In this document: in pieces, positions 28,889-42,891 of the stretch
Numbering within the stretch: the first letter of the stretch is position 1
Layout of the letters: each line of letters starts with the position of its first letter
NCBI RefSeq assembly: GCF_964355755.1
Contig: NC_092676.1
Span: 13,472,871 to 13,536,870, forward strand
Direction of reading: 5' to 3'
DNA from: Antedon mediterranea
Taxonomy: Eukaryota > Animalia > Echinodermata
Length of the DNA stretch: 64,000 nucleotides
Translations under genes and position numbers: made by a program
Notes under the pieces: model-generated
What the model saw: the letters and a program-made list of their open reading frames with translations, nothing else
What the model was told of the DNA's origin: nothing
Database searches by the model: none

Positions 28889-29003
28889 TGGGCGACTTTG
28901 CGATGTGGCGACTTTGCGATGGGGCGACTTTGAGATGGGGCGACTTTGTATTGGGCGACTTTGTATGGGGCGACATTGCGTTGGGGCGACTTGACTGGAT
29001 CCC
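28889..29003. mobile_element. Transposon right end with 15-16-bp subterminal tandem repeats (also ~34377-34490 and ~38458-38571)
   Basis: Seven GGCGAC(T/A)T units ending ...TTGACTGGATCCC; architecture resembles MULE/foldback-type ends; partner end not seen. Confidence 0.6.
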
Positions 29004-29404
29004 TGACTACGACCCCATAATACACTTCATCGACGATTTATTATTAGGTCTAAATAAAAGATTAAGAGAAGATGGTAGGCCTACAATATTTACTAGGCCT
29101 AGACCCTATACTGAAAATAATAATAATAATAATAATAGGCCTAGGCCTAGACATAATTGTACCAAATAACGGGATTTGACAAGGTTAGTCCAGTTAGTAG
29201 AAATTTGTTAACTCCTCATCTTCTAAACATAGTTCCATGTGAACCCCACTATTGTAATTTGGATGTATAGATATTTGATTGTACTACACACAATATAGCT
29301 ACAATTACATATAGCTGCACTGGACAAGTCTAAACAAAATCATTGTAATTTGGATGTATTGATATTTGATTGTACTACACACTCATACAGCTACAAAATA
29401 GCAG

Positions 29405-29572
29405 TAATTATTAAACAGATATTGCCTGCTTAGAGGTGAAATATAAGATTTGACATCTCTGAGGGAATACGCGCTGATAGAAATATATTCCCTCGAACAA
29501 AATATCATTCCCCGAGGGATGTCAAATCTTCTATTTTACCGATATAAAAGGCGATATCTGTTATATTATATA
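29405..29572. mobile_element. Short palindromic MITE-like element (three copies with the block)
   Basis: Nested imperfect IRs AACAGATATTGCCT/AGGCGATATCTGTT and AAGATTTGACATC/GATGTCAAATCTT. Confidence 0.65.
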
Positions 29573-30487
29573 GCCAACAACAAGTTGAATATCTACTGGG
29601 TCAGGTAGCTAGGAATACAGATCACTCCGGCCGCGCTTCACTCTGGCCGCGCTTCAATCCGGCCGCGATTCATTCCGGCCGCGATTCATTCCGGCCGCAG
29701 CTATGGAGCGCCCAATGAGTCTTTTACAACCGAGAAACGTTTTTTGTAGAGAATAAAAATAAACATTTGTAATCATACAGTATATTTTTTCTCTTTCAGG
29801 ATCACAACAACATCGCAAGTGTTTTAAATTAGGTCTAATGCTAAAACTAAATAATTTATGTGTTTTATCCAATGTATAATAGGCTAGTATATTAATTGTA
29901 ATGTGATTAATTAATGTAATTTATTGCAATGTACCCTATATGTCATATTATTTTTATCATATGTAAATTAAAATATAAAATCATTGTAAATTGGACTGTA
30001 CAAAAATGATATATTAATTAACAGGTAGCATTAATTAGACGGATATTTGATTATTTGAAATAAATTAATTAATATTGTAAATATTGTTATTAACTATAAT
30101 AATTCTATAACAAACATCAATAATAATTGATTATTTGAAATAAATAAATTAATATTTTACATATTGTTATTAACTATAATTAGTAAGTATGGGTACTGGC
30201 AAAATAAAGTGTTATAAAAATAAGGGTTTTACCTAATTTTTAATGTTAATAAAGGTAAAGCTATAAAAATAAATGTACATAGAAAGAAATTAAATATTGT
30301 TATTCAAGCATTAATTAGACGGGTATTTGATTATTATTTTATTATTGAATTTAATTAAGTTAAGTTTAGTTTGAAAGAAAAAGCAGTTCAAACTTCTTTG
30401 AATGTTATTGTTAATGAAAAAAGTAAAATTGTTGCTAATAAATATTCAATTAGTTCCATTTAAATTCACCAAGAATTTGTTATAACA

Positions 30488-32898
30488 ACATATTTTGACT
30501 CTTTTATTTTTTGACATAACTAGTTTTTATGGCTCCATAAGTTGATGTTAACACAATATATGTGCATACATGACAATATTATAGCATAGTTATCGAATTT
30601 TAAAAAGTGGACATTTTTGACATTTTTCGAAAAAATTCCTGTGAAATTTTGGCGCTATTTTTTTAATTCCAGTGAAATTTTCAAAAAAATGGTCAAATTT
30701 CGACCCTTTTATTTTTTGACATAACCAGGTAGTACGGCTCTATAAGATGATGTTAGCACAATATATGTGCATAAATGGCAATATTATAGCATAATTATCG
30801 AATTTTAAAAGGTAGAAATTGTGGAAATTTTTCGAAAAAATTCCTTCAGTCCCCCCGCAGTGAAATTTCGAAAAATTGCCAAATTTCGACCCCTTTATTT
30901 TTTGACATAACTAGTTATTATGGCTCTATAAGATGATGTTATCAAAATAAAAGTGCATAAATGACAATATTATAGCATAGTTATCGAATTTTAAAAAGTG
31001 GACATTTTTGCCATTTTTCGAAAAAAATCCTTTGGCAGTGAAATTTTCGAAAAATGGCAAAATTTAGACCTTTTTATTTTTTTACACAACTAGTTACTAT
31101 GGCTCTATAAGATAATATTACAACAATATATATGCATAAATGGCAATATTATAGCATAATTATCGAATTTTAAAAAGTGGAAATTTTGGACATTTTATGG
31201 AAAAATTTCTTCGGTCCCCCGCAGTGAAATTTTCGAAAAATGATCAAATTATGACCCTTTTATTTTTTGACATAACTAGTTTTTATGGCTCCATAAGATG
31301 ATGTTAACACAATATATGTGAATAAATTGCAATATTATAGCATAATTATTGAATTTAAAAAAATGGATATTTTTGCCATTTTTCGAAAAAATCCTTTGGT
31401 CCCCCGCAGTGAAATTTTCAAAATATGGCAAAATTTAGACCATATTATTTTTTTACACAACTAGTTACTATGGCTCTATAAGATGATGTTACAACAATAT
31501 ATGTTCATAAATGGTAATATTATAACATAATTATTGAAAAGTGGAAATTTGTGACATTTTTTGAAAAAAATTCCTTCGGTCCCACGCAGTGAAATTTTCG
31601 GAAAATTGTCAAATTCTGACCCTTTTATATTTTGACAAAACTAGTTTTTATGGCTCCATTAGATGATGTTAACACAATATAATGTGCATAAATTGCAATA
31701 TTATAGCATAATTATTGAATTTTATAAAGTGGACATTTTTACAATATTTCTACAAAATTTCTTTGTTCTCCCGCGGTAAAATTTTCGTAAAATTGTAAAA
31801 ATTTCGACCCTTTTATTTTTTGACATTACTAGTTACTATGGCTCTATAAGATGATGTTAACACTATATATTTGCATCAATGGCAATATTATAGCATAATT
31901 ATTGAAGTTTAAAAAGTGGAAATTTTTGACATTTCTTGAAAAAAATTCCTTCAGTCCCCCACAGCAAAATTTTCGAAAAATTGTCAAATTCAGACCCTTT
32001 TATTTTTTAAAATAACTAATTTTTCATAGCTCCATAAGATGATGTTAAAAAATAAAAGGTCTAAATTTTGGACATTTTTCGAAAAAATTCCTTAGGCCCC
32101 CCCGCAGTGAAATTTTCGAAAAATTGCTAAATTTCGACCTTTTTATTTTTTGAAATAACTAGTTATTTTGGCGCTATCAGATGATGTTATCAAAATAAAT
32201 GTGCATAAATGACAATATTATAGCATAATTATCGAATTTTAAAAAGTGGACAATTTTGTCATTTTTCGAACAAATTCATTCGGAGCCCCGCAGTTAAATT
32301 TTTGAAAAATGGTAACATTTAGTCCTTTTTATTTTTCTACACAACTAGTTACTATGGCTCTATAAGATGATGTTGCCGCAATATATGTGCGTAAATGGCA
32401 ATATCATAGCATGATTATTAAAGTTTAAAAAGTGGAAATTGTTGACATTTTTTTTTTTAAATCCTTCGGTCCCCTGCAGTGAAATTTTCGAAAATGGTCA
32501 AATTCTGACCCTTTTATTTTTTGACATAACTAGTTGTTATGGCTCCATAAGATGATGTTAACACAATAAAAGGGTCTATATTTTGGACATTTTTCAAAAA
32601 AAATCCTTCGATCCCTACGCAGTGAAATTTTCGAAAAATTGCCAATTTTCGACCTTTTTATTTTTTTAGACAACTAGTTACTATGGCTCTATAAGATTAT
32701 GTTAACACAATATATGTGCATAAATGGAAATATTATAGCATGATTATTGAAGTTTAAAAAGTTGAAATTTTTGACATTTTATGGAAAATTTCTTCGGTCC
32801 CCCGCAGTGAATTTGTCGAAAAAATTTAGACCTTTTTATTTTTTTACACAACTAGTTACTATGGCTCTATAAGATGATGTTACAACAATATATGTGCA
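30488..32898 (-). repeat. SatA segment within macro-repeat
   Basis: Same monomer as 3836-22764. Confidence 0.9.
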
Positions 32899-34027
32899 CC
32901 ACCACAGCTTAAATCGCATTTGGAGACGTTTTAGACCATTTTGTGCATTTCGATTAAACTTTTCACACAAAAATATCAAATTGCTTAAAATCACATTTGA
33001 AACCGTTTTAGACCGTTTTGAGCATTTCGATGAAACTTTTCACACAAAAACATCAGAGTGCACAAAATAGCTTCTAATCGTATTTTGTGCAATTCGATGA
33101 AACTTTTCACACAAAACATCAAAGTGCACAAAAGAGCTTCAAATCGCATTTGGAGACGTTTTAGAACATTGTTGTGCATTTCGATGAAACTTTTCACACA
33201 AAACATCAGAGTGCACAAAATAGCTTCAAATCCCATTTGGAGACGTTTTAGACCATTTTGTGTATTTCGATGAAACTTGATTACACAAAAACATCAAAGT
33301 GCTTAAAATCACATTTGAAACCGTTTTAGACCATTTTGAGCATTTCGATGAAACTTTTCACACAAAAACATCAGAGTGCACAAAATAGCTTCTAATCGTA
33401 TTTTGTGCAATTCGATGAAACTTTTCACACAAAACATCAAAGTGCACAAAAGAGTTTCAAATCGCATTTGGAGACGTTTTAGACCATTTTGTGCATTTCG
33501 ATGAAACTTTTCACACAAAAACATCAAATTGCTTAAAATCACATTTGAAACCGTTTTAGACCATTTTGAGCATTTCGATGAAACTTTTCACACAAAAACA
33601 TCAGAGTGCACAAAATAGCTTCTAATCTTATTTTGTGCAATTCGATGAAACTTTTCACACAAAACATCAAAGTGCACAAAATAGCTTCAAATCGCATTTG
33701 GAGACGTTTTAGACCATTTTGTGCATTTCGATGAAATTTTTCACACAAAACATCAAAGTGCACAAAATAGCTTCAAATCGTATTTGGAGACGTTTTAAAC
33801 CATTTGTTGCATGTCCATGAAACTTGATTACACAAAAACATCAAAGTGTTTACAATCACATTTGAAACCGTTTAGACCATTTTGAGCATTTCGAAAAAAC
33901 TTGTTAACATAAAAACACCAAAGTGCTTAGAATAGCTTCAAATCGCATTTGGAGATGTTTTAGACCATTTTGTGCATTTCGATGAAACTTGATTACACAA
34001 AAACATCAAAGTGCTTAAAATCACATA
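32899..34027 (+). repeat. SatB segment within macro-repeat
   Basis: Same monomer as 22765-28540; junction GTGCACCACCACAGCTTAAATCGC. Confidence 0.9.
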
Positions 34028-35964
34028 TTTATTATATTATGCTAAAAAATGAGCTGGTATCCACTTGTAGGTTGAAGAAAGATTCGTAATTGTGGCTCTA
34101 ATTTCAAAGTCATATTAAATTAACATTTTCGAAACTATAAATCAGGGATAATCTTTTTAGAACTTTCAAACTAGGAACTATTTTTTAACGATTTTCAAAA
34201 AGCACATTACTCCATTAAAACCTGTAAAATAAAAATTAAAACACAAATTATGTATATAATAGGATAAACATTATAATGTATACGACATTTAGCACGACCA
34301 AAGTAACAACGCGATCGATATCAAACGCAACCGATATGATTAAAACAGCGTACGCTTCATACCGAAATAAAACCGTGGGCGACTTTGCGATGTGGCGACT
34401 TTGCGATGGGGCGACTTTGAGATGGGGCGACTTTGTATTGGGCGACTTTGTATGGGGCGACATTGCGTTGGGGCGACTTGACTGGATCCCTGACTACGAC
34501 CCCATAATACACTTCATCGACGATTTATTATTAGGTCTAAATAAAAGATTAAGAGAAGATGGTAGGCCTACAATATTTACTAGGCCTAGACCCTATACTG
34601 AAAATAATAATAATAATAATAATAGGCCTAGGCCTAGACATAATTATACCAAATAACGGGATTTGACAAGGTTAGTCCAGTTAGTAGAAATTTGTTAACT
34701 CCTCATCTTCTAAACATAGTTCCATGTGAACACCACTATTGTAATTTGGATGTATAGATATTTGATTGTACTACACACAATATAGCTACAATTACATATA
34801 GCTGCACTGGAAAAGTCTAAACAAAATCATTGTAATTTGGATGTATTGATATTTGATTGCACTACACACTCATACAGCTACAAAATAGCAGTAATTATTA
34901 AACAGATATTGCCTGCTTAGAGGTGAAATATAAGATTTGACATCTCTGAGGGAATACGCGCTGATAGAAATATATTCCCTCGAACAAAATATCATTCCCC
35001 GAGGGATGTCAAATCTTCTATTTTACCGATATAAAAGGCGATATCTGTTATATTATAATTATAGCCAACAACAAGTTGAATATCTACTGGGTCAGGTAGC
35101 TAGGAATACAGATCACTCCGGCCGCGCTTCACTCCGGCCGCGCTTCAATCCGGCCGCGATTCATTCCGGCCGCAGCTATGGAGCGCCCAATGAGTCTTTT
35201 ACAACCGAGAAACGTTTTTTGTAGAGAATAAAAATAAACATTTGTAATCATACAGTATATTTTTTCTCTTTCAGGATCACAACAACATCGCAAGTGTTTT
35301 AAATTAGGTCTAATGCTAAAACTAAATAATTTATGTGTTTTATCCAATGTATAATAGGCTAGTATATTAATTGTAATGTGATTAATTAATGTAATTTATT
35401 GCAATGTACCCTATATGTCATATTATTTTTTTATCATATATAAATTAAAATATAAAATCATTGTAAATTGGACTGTACAAAAATGATATATCAATTAACA
35501 GGTAACATTAATTAGACGGATATTTGATTATTTGAAATAAATTAATTAATATTGTAAATATTGTTATTAACTATAATAATTCTATAACAAACATCAATAA
35601 TAATTGATTATTTGAAATAAATAAATTAATATTTTACATATTGTTATTAACTATAATTAGTAAGTATGGGTACTGGCAAAATAAAGTGTTATAAAAATAA
35701 GGGTTTTACCTAATTTGTAATGTTAATAAAGGTAAAGCTATAAAAATAAATGTACATAGAAAGAAATTAAATATTGTTATTCAAGCATTAATTAGACGGG
35801 TATTTGATTATTATTTTATTATTGAATTTAATTAAGTTAAGTTTAGTTTGAAAGAAAAAGCAGTTCCAACTTCTTTGAATGTTATTGTTAATGAAAAAAG
35901 TAAAATTGTTGCTAATAAATATTCAATTAGTTCCATTTAAATTCACCAAGAATTTGTTATAACA
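34028..35964. repeat. MITE-mosaic block, copy 2
   Basis: Near-identical to copy 1. Confidence 0.92.
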
Positions 35965-37310
35965 ACATATTTTGACTCTTTTATTTTTTGACATAACTAG
36001 TTTTTATGGCTCCATAAGTTGATGTTAACACAATATATGTGCATACATGACAATATTATAGCATAGTTATCGAATTTTAAAAAGTGGACATTTTTGACAT
36101 TTTTCGAAAAAATTCCTGTGAAATTTTGGCGCTATTTTTTTAATTCCAGTGAAATTTTCAAAAAAATGGTCAAATTTCGACCCTTTTATTTTTTGACATA
36201 ACCAGGTAGTACGGCTCTATAAGATGATGTTAGCACAATATATGTGCATAAATGGCAATATTATAGCATAATTATCGAATTTTAAAAGGTAGAAATTGTG
36301 GAAATTTTTCGAAAAAATTCCTTCAGTCCCCCCGCAGTGAAATTTCGAAAAATTGCCAAATTTCGACCCCTTTATTTTTTGACATAACTAGTTATTATGG
36401 CTCTATAAGATGATGTTATCAAAATAAAAGTGCATAAATGACAATATTATAGCATAGTTATCGAATTTTAAAAAGTGGACATTTTTGCCATTTTGCGAAA
36501 AAATTCCTTTGGTCCCCTGCAGTGAAATTTTCGAAAAATAGCAAAATTTGGACCTTTTTTTTTTACACAACTAGTTACTATGGCTCTATAAGATGATGTT
36601 ACAACAATTATATGTGCATAAATGGCAATATTATAGCATAATTATCGAATTTTAAAAAGTGGAAATTTTGGACATTTTATGGAAAAATTTCTTCGGTCCC
36701 CCGCAGTGAAATTTTCGAAAAATGATCAAATTATGACCCTTTTATTTTTTGACATAACTAGTTTTTATGGCTCCATAAGATGATGTTAACACAATAAAAG
36801 GGTCTATATTTTGGACATTTTTCAAAAAAATTCCTTCGATCCCTACGCAGTGAAATTTTCGAAAAATTGCCAATTTTCGACCTTTTTATTTTTGGACATA
36901 ACTAGTTATTATGGCTCTATAAGATGATGTTATCAAAATAAATGTGCATAAATGACAATATTATAGCATAATTATCGAATTTTAAAAAGTGAATAATTTT
37001 GGCATTTTTCGATAAAAAAAATTCCTTTGGACAGTGAAATTTTCGAAAAATGGCAAAATTTAGACCCTTTTATTTTTTTAGACAACTAGTTACTATGGCT
37101 TTATAAGATGATGTTAACACAATATATGTGCATAAATGGAAATATTATAGCATGATTATTGAAGTTTAAAAAGTTGAAATTTTTGACATTTTATGGAAAA
37201 TTTCTTCGGTCCCCCGCAGTGAATTTTTAGAAAAAATTTAGACCTTTTTATTTTTTTACACAACTAGTTACTATGGCTCTATAAGATGATGTTATAACAA
37301 TATATGTGCA
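35965..37310 (-). repeat. SatA segment within macro-repeat (shorter)
   Basis: Same junctions at both ends as 30488-32898. Confidence 0.9.
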
Positions 37311-38108
37311 CCACCACAGCTTAAATCGCATTTGGAGACGTTTTAGACCATTTTGTGCATTTCGATGAACCTTTTCACACAAAAATATCAAATTGCTTAA
37401 AATCACATTTGAAACCGTTTTAGACCGTTTTGAGCATTTCGATGAAACTTTTCACACAAAAACATCAGAGTGCACAAAATAGCTTCTAATCGTATTTTGT
37501 GCAATTCGATGAAACTTTTCACACAAAACATCAAAGTGCAAAAAAGAGCTTCAAATCGCATTTGGAGACGTTTTAGACCATTTTGTGCATTTCGATGAAA
37601 CTTTTCACACAAAAACATCAAAATAGCTTAAAATCACATTTGAAACCGTTTTAGACCATTTTGAGCATTTCGATGAAACTTTTCACACAAAAACATCAGA
37701 GTGCACAAAATAGCTTCTAATCGTATTTTGTGCAATTCAATGAAACTTTTCACACAAAACATCAAAGTGCACAAAATAGCTTCAAATCGCATTTGGAGAC
37801 GTTTTAGACCATTTTGTGCATTTCGATGAAACTTTTCACACAAAACATCAAAGTGCACAAAATAGCTTCAAATCGTATTTCATTTTTTGCATGTCCATGA
37901 AACTTGATTACACAAAAACATCAAAGTGTTTACAATCACATTTGAAACCGTTTTAGACCATTTTGAGCATTTCGAAAAAACTTGTTAACATAAAAACACC
38001 AAAGTGCTTAGAATAGCTTCAAATCGCATTTGGAGACGTTTTAGACCATTTTGTGCATTTCGATGAAACTTGATTACACAAAAACATCAAAGTGCTTAAA
38101 ATCACATA
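37311..38108 (+). repeat. SatB segment within macro-repeat (shorter)
   Basis: Same junctions as 32899-34027. Confidence 0.9.
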
Positions 38109-40056
38109 TTTATTATATTATGCTAAAAAATGAGCTGGTATCCACTTGTAGGTTGAAGAAAGATTCGTAATTGTGGCTCTAATTTCAAAGTCATATTAAA
38201 TTAACATTTTCGAAACTATAAATCAGGGATAATCTTTTTAGAACTTTCAAACTAGGAACTATTTTTTAACGATTTTCAAAAAGCACACTAATCCATTAGA
38301 ACCTGTAAAATGAAAATTAAAACACAAATTATGTATATAATAGGATAAACATTATAATGTATACGACATTTAGCGCGACCAAAGTAACAACGCGATTGAT
38401 ATCAAACGCAACCGATATGATTAAAACAGCGTACGCTTCATACCGAAATAAAACCGTGGGCGACTTTGCGATGTGGCGACTTTGCGATGGGGCGACTTTG
38501 AGATGGGGCGACTTTGTATTGGGCGACTTTGTATGGGGCGACATTGCGTTGGGGCGACTTGACTGGATCCCTGACTACGACCCCATAATACACTTCATCG
38601 ACGATTTATTATTAGGTCTAAATAAAAGATTAAGAGAAGATGGTAGGCCTACAATATTTACTAGGCCTAGACCCTATACTGAAAATAATAATAATAATAA
38701 TAATAGGCCTAGGCCTAGACATAATTGTACCAAATAACGGGATTTGACAAGGTTAGTCCAGTTAGTAGAAATTTGTTAACTCCTAATCTTCTAAACATAG
38801 TTCCATGTGAACCCCACTATTGTAATTTGGATGTATAGATATTTGATTGTACTACACACAATATAGCTACAATTACATATAGCTGCACTGGACAAGTCTA
38901 AACAAAATCATTGTAATTTGGATGTATAGATATTTGATTGTACTACACACTCATACAGCTACAAAATAGCAGTAATTATTAAACAGATATTGCCTGCTTA
39001 GAGGTGAAATATAAGATTTGACATCTCTGAGGGAATACGCGCTGATAGAAATATATTCCCACGAACAAAATATCATTCCCCGAGGGATGTCAAATCTTCT
39101 ATTTTACCGATATAAAAGGCGATATCTGTTATATTATATAGCCAACAACAAGTTGAATATCTACTGGGTCAGGTAGCTAGGAATACAGATCACTCCGGCC
39201 GCGCTTCACTCCGGCCGCGCTTCAATCCGGCCGCGATTCATTCCGGCCGCGATTCATTCCGGCCGCAGCTATGGAGCGCCCAATGAGTCTTTTACAACCG
39301 AGAAACGTTTTTTGTAGAGAATAAAAATAAACATTTGTAATCATACAGTATATTTTTTTCTCTTTCAGGATCACAACAACATCGCAAGTGTTTTAAATTA
39401 GGTCTAATGCTAAAACTAAATAATTTATGTGTTTTATCCAATGTATAATAGGCTAGTATATTAATTGTAATGTGATTAATTAATGTAATTTATTGCAATG
39501 TACCCTATATGTCATATTATTTTTATCATATATAAATTAAAATATAAAATCATTGTAAATTGGACTGTACAAAAATGATATATTAATTAACAGGTAACAT
39601 TAATTAGACGGATATTTGATTATTTGAAATAAATTAATTAATATTGTAAATATTGTTATTAACTATAATAATTCTATAACAAACATCAATAATAATTGAT
39701 TATTTGAAATAAATAAATTAATATTTTACATATTGTTATTAACTATAATTAGTAAGTATGGGTACTGGCAAGATAAAGTGTTATAAAAATAAGGGTTTTA
39801 ACTAATTTTTAATGATAATAAAGGTAAAGCTATAAAAATAAATGTACATAGAAAGAAATTAAATATTGTTATTCAAGCATTAATTAGACGGGTATTTGAT
39901 TATTATTTTATTATTGAATTTAATTAAGTTAAGTTTAGTTTGAAAGAAAAAGCAGTTCCAACTTCTTTGAATGTTATTGTTAATGAAAAAAGTAAAATTG
40001 TTGCTAATAAATATTCAATTAGTTCCATTTAAATTCACCAAGAATTTGTTATAACA
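38109..40056. repeat. MITE-mosaic block, copy 3 (continuous with unique flank)
   Basis: Near-identical to copies 1 and 2 but continues into the right TIR instead of SatA. Confidence 0.92.
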
Positions 40057-40205
40057 CTGAACAGTATAGAAAACGTAGATATGGGCGCTCCATACTAACG
40101 GCCCCTTTGCACAGGAAGTCGAATTGAATAGCGGCCGGAGTGCATAACATCGCGCTAAACTGATACGGCGGCAGGAGAGAAGCGCGGCCGGAGTGATCGG
40201 CTACC
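39181..40205. mobile_element. Complete ~1-kb MITE with 8-9-bp TSD (MULE/hAT/Merlin-size TSD)
   Basis: GATCACTCCGGCCGCGCTTC / GAAGCGCGGCCGGAGTGATC IR, inner TATGGAGCGCCCA/TGGGCGCTCCATA IR, TSD GTAGCTAG at 39173-39180 and 40206-40213. Confidence 0.85.
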
Positions 40206-41827
40206 GTAGCTAGGCCTCCTTTATGTAATAAGCTTGGCTAGTTAGGCACCTTACCTTACGAAGAATAATATACAGATAATTACTAATTAATATTCACTTA
40301 GGCGTTTCAATTAACAGAAGAATTTCCACCAATAAGCCTACATTAATAATAATATCATCAGGTCGGCCGAATAAATAATAATTTGTCTTCTTTGAGCCGC
40401 ATCACCGGATGTTCAGCGCGCCGCGCTTACCAGGTTACTACCGTGAGTATTGACCAATCACAAACAGTCTTTCGTCGCATCTATTGAGGGCCAATAACAA
40501 ATGAGGGTGCTATGTATGCATAGTTTAAATAGTTTAGGTAATATTAATTTCTTCAAGCAAGTTACGTGGCGTAGCAGGAAAAACATTGTCTCGTGATGAT
40601 GTGGATGAATCTTAGCGTAGTAAAAAATTACTTTTCATTCATTGTATTCACATATTTTGATTAAATAAGGTTCGATTATATATTCTCACATATTTCCTCA
40701 TTTTATCGTTACAAATTAATACATTTTCAGAATAATATATAACTTTAACTTGCACTGAAGGATTTAAAAAAGATATGACACATACTAGGCACAACTCAGC
40801 ACTATAATAAGCGTATGCATCTGCTCATAGGATAACATCAACGTTTTGCGATCGTATTTTAACGTACTGCATCTGTTTTAAAATGAAATGTCAGTAACAT
40901 TATAAAATGATCACCTATTTGTTCTTCAAAGTGAGGAATTAAATTTTAGTTATTCTTTGTCTGCATACATATTACAAAATTTAGATTTCATAAATACTCA
41001 TGGTTTCAGCCGATACGATAGTAAATGAATTTGACACGAATTTAGACTAGCATGATATAAAAGAACACTTTTGTTGTTTTTTAATTGATGAAGACTACTG
41101 AGCCTGCCTTTCCGCCAAAAAAAAAGGGGAAAAAAATGCAGGAAAACAAAATTGTGTTTATCCATTTTTGGTCAAAGTGAATAACTATTATGGAACATCG
41201 CCATTTTTTAGGGGACAATACATCATCAATACATCAACAAATGTCCCTCCTAAAACTTTAGGTTTTTTCAAAATTATTTCGCATTTAAAAATAGCTAGAT
41301 TTTATTTTATTTTTATTTTATTTCATATTTTGTGTCGTTAATATGATTAAGTTTCGCCAATACTACTATGCGCCTTCTATTTCGTGTACAAAAGTACAGT
41401 AGACCTATAATCATATACATGATAATGCAAAATTATATTTTACATACAGTATACTTTGTGTAACTGCATAAAGTACTTAATATTTTGTATATCATTTATA
41501 TGATACAATAGTAATACGTCGCATTTATATACAAACATGAATGTTTGGGTAGAGAGGCTATAATCCCAGGGGAGGCCGGAGCCTCCCTTTTCACCAAGAT
41601 ATAAAAATATGAAGTGATCGTAGAAGAATGAAATAGAAAGAAACAAGATATTAAAATAACAGCATGGGATGATAATATAAATGAAAACCGTAAGGTTGGG
41701 CCCACGCACGGTGCAAGTCCAAGCTCCTTATATTTTGGCTCTGTGTGCATGTGAGACGCATCATACCCAAAACTTACATATTATTTTTTATTTGACAAAA
41801 CAGATTTGTGTGTTATAGCACGTTCTT

Positions 41828-42858
41828 TTAATGAGGGAAGGTATGAAAGTTGTTTTCTCTAAAAATTTTCTCCTGGAAATTTTCGACATCGCACAACAAG
41901 TTGAAGATATTTGGCTCAATTTCACAATGTTGAAGACCTTGTACATCATACCGATTGTCGGTAAATTCGCTTACAAAAATGACAGCATGTGAATCCAAAG
42001 CTCGCAGTGTAGCTTCATCTGCGTAATTGTCCACAAGAGCAGTGTTTAAGGTTTCTTCGGTGATGTAGTCCCAATAATTGCGGGCGAGATACTTGCGTAT
42101 TGGATGGTATGGTCTGCGGATGTATTTTCGTTCCGATGTGTCAAGTAACCCCTCCTCTTGTTTTTCAACGTCCAAAACTGGCTCAAAATGAGCACAAACA
42201 TTTGAAAGATACACATTTCTTTCCGAAATTTCAGCATCACTATTTGTTAATGGGCAATACTTCAGCCATTGAAAATGTGGTTGATTCTTTCTTGTGCCAT
42301 ATTTGCTGTAGACAATGGTTTTCGTCATTGTTGCAAATGCTAAAATTTCCAACTCGGAGCCCCATGTTCCATCTTTAGATATAGTTGTATCACTTATATA
42401 TTTTTCGAATGATCTGCTGTCGATGTCTTCAAAGATACGTCTGTTTTTGGACATAAGCTCTAAAATATGGTCACTCACAATCATATGGTGACTTTGGACA
42501 CCAACAAGAACGTACTAAGCGCTCTAAAGAGGCAGTTCCCGTCTCCGCGCATCCTGGCTGTTTTCGTGGGTTTTGCTGCCTTGTTCCTTTCTCTTTGATT
42601 TGTATTCACGTCTTGTATGATATTTTTAACGTCGATTCCAAACAAAAATGATTTTTCTGCTTGCCAATGTGCATCTACTGGGTAAAAAAAGTTTGTTGAA
42701 CTAGCCTCGTAAGAATTACAGAATATCACATCATCTAATTGTTGATCAAGATGCTTGTCCTGTCTAACGATTAGAGAGGGTCCTTCTTCCTTATATTTCT
42801 CAGCATTGTGGTGTTCCATTGATTCATTTGCAGCTTTTTCGGGCAGATTATTTGACAA
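41828..42858 (-). pseudogene. OTU-like cysteine protease domain plus unrecognised C-terminal tail (frameshift near 42483)
   Basis: RMRGDGNCLFRALS (catalytic Cys loop), WGSELEILAFA and NVCAHFEPV (catalytic His). Confidence 0.85.
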
Positions 42859-42891
42859 TTTCCTCTTTTTAAAAGGCAGGTTGCTTCCATT

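Larger units (their letters stand above)
28541..30487. repeat. ~1.95-kb MITE-mosaic block, copy 1 of 3
   Basis: Near-identical to 34028-35964 and 38109-40056 (ORF-track offsets 5487 and 4081). Confidence 0.92.

Noticed and set aside
28889-29003. CRISPR-like appearance of short regular repeats (also 29622-29700)
   Set aside because: No unique spacers, no cas genes, eukaryotic TE context.
28789-29169. 126-aa ORF with WGDF repeats, three copies
   Set aside because: Produced by 15-16-bp subterminal repeats and (AAT)n; conservation reflects recent duplication.
24745-37858. Repetitive ORFs in SatB (CEKFHRNAQNGLKR...)
   Set aside because: The 86-bp monomer is not a multiple of 3, so frames shift each unit; non-coding.
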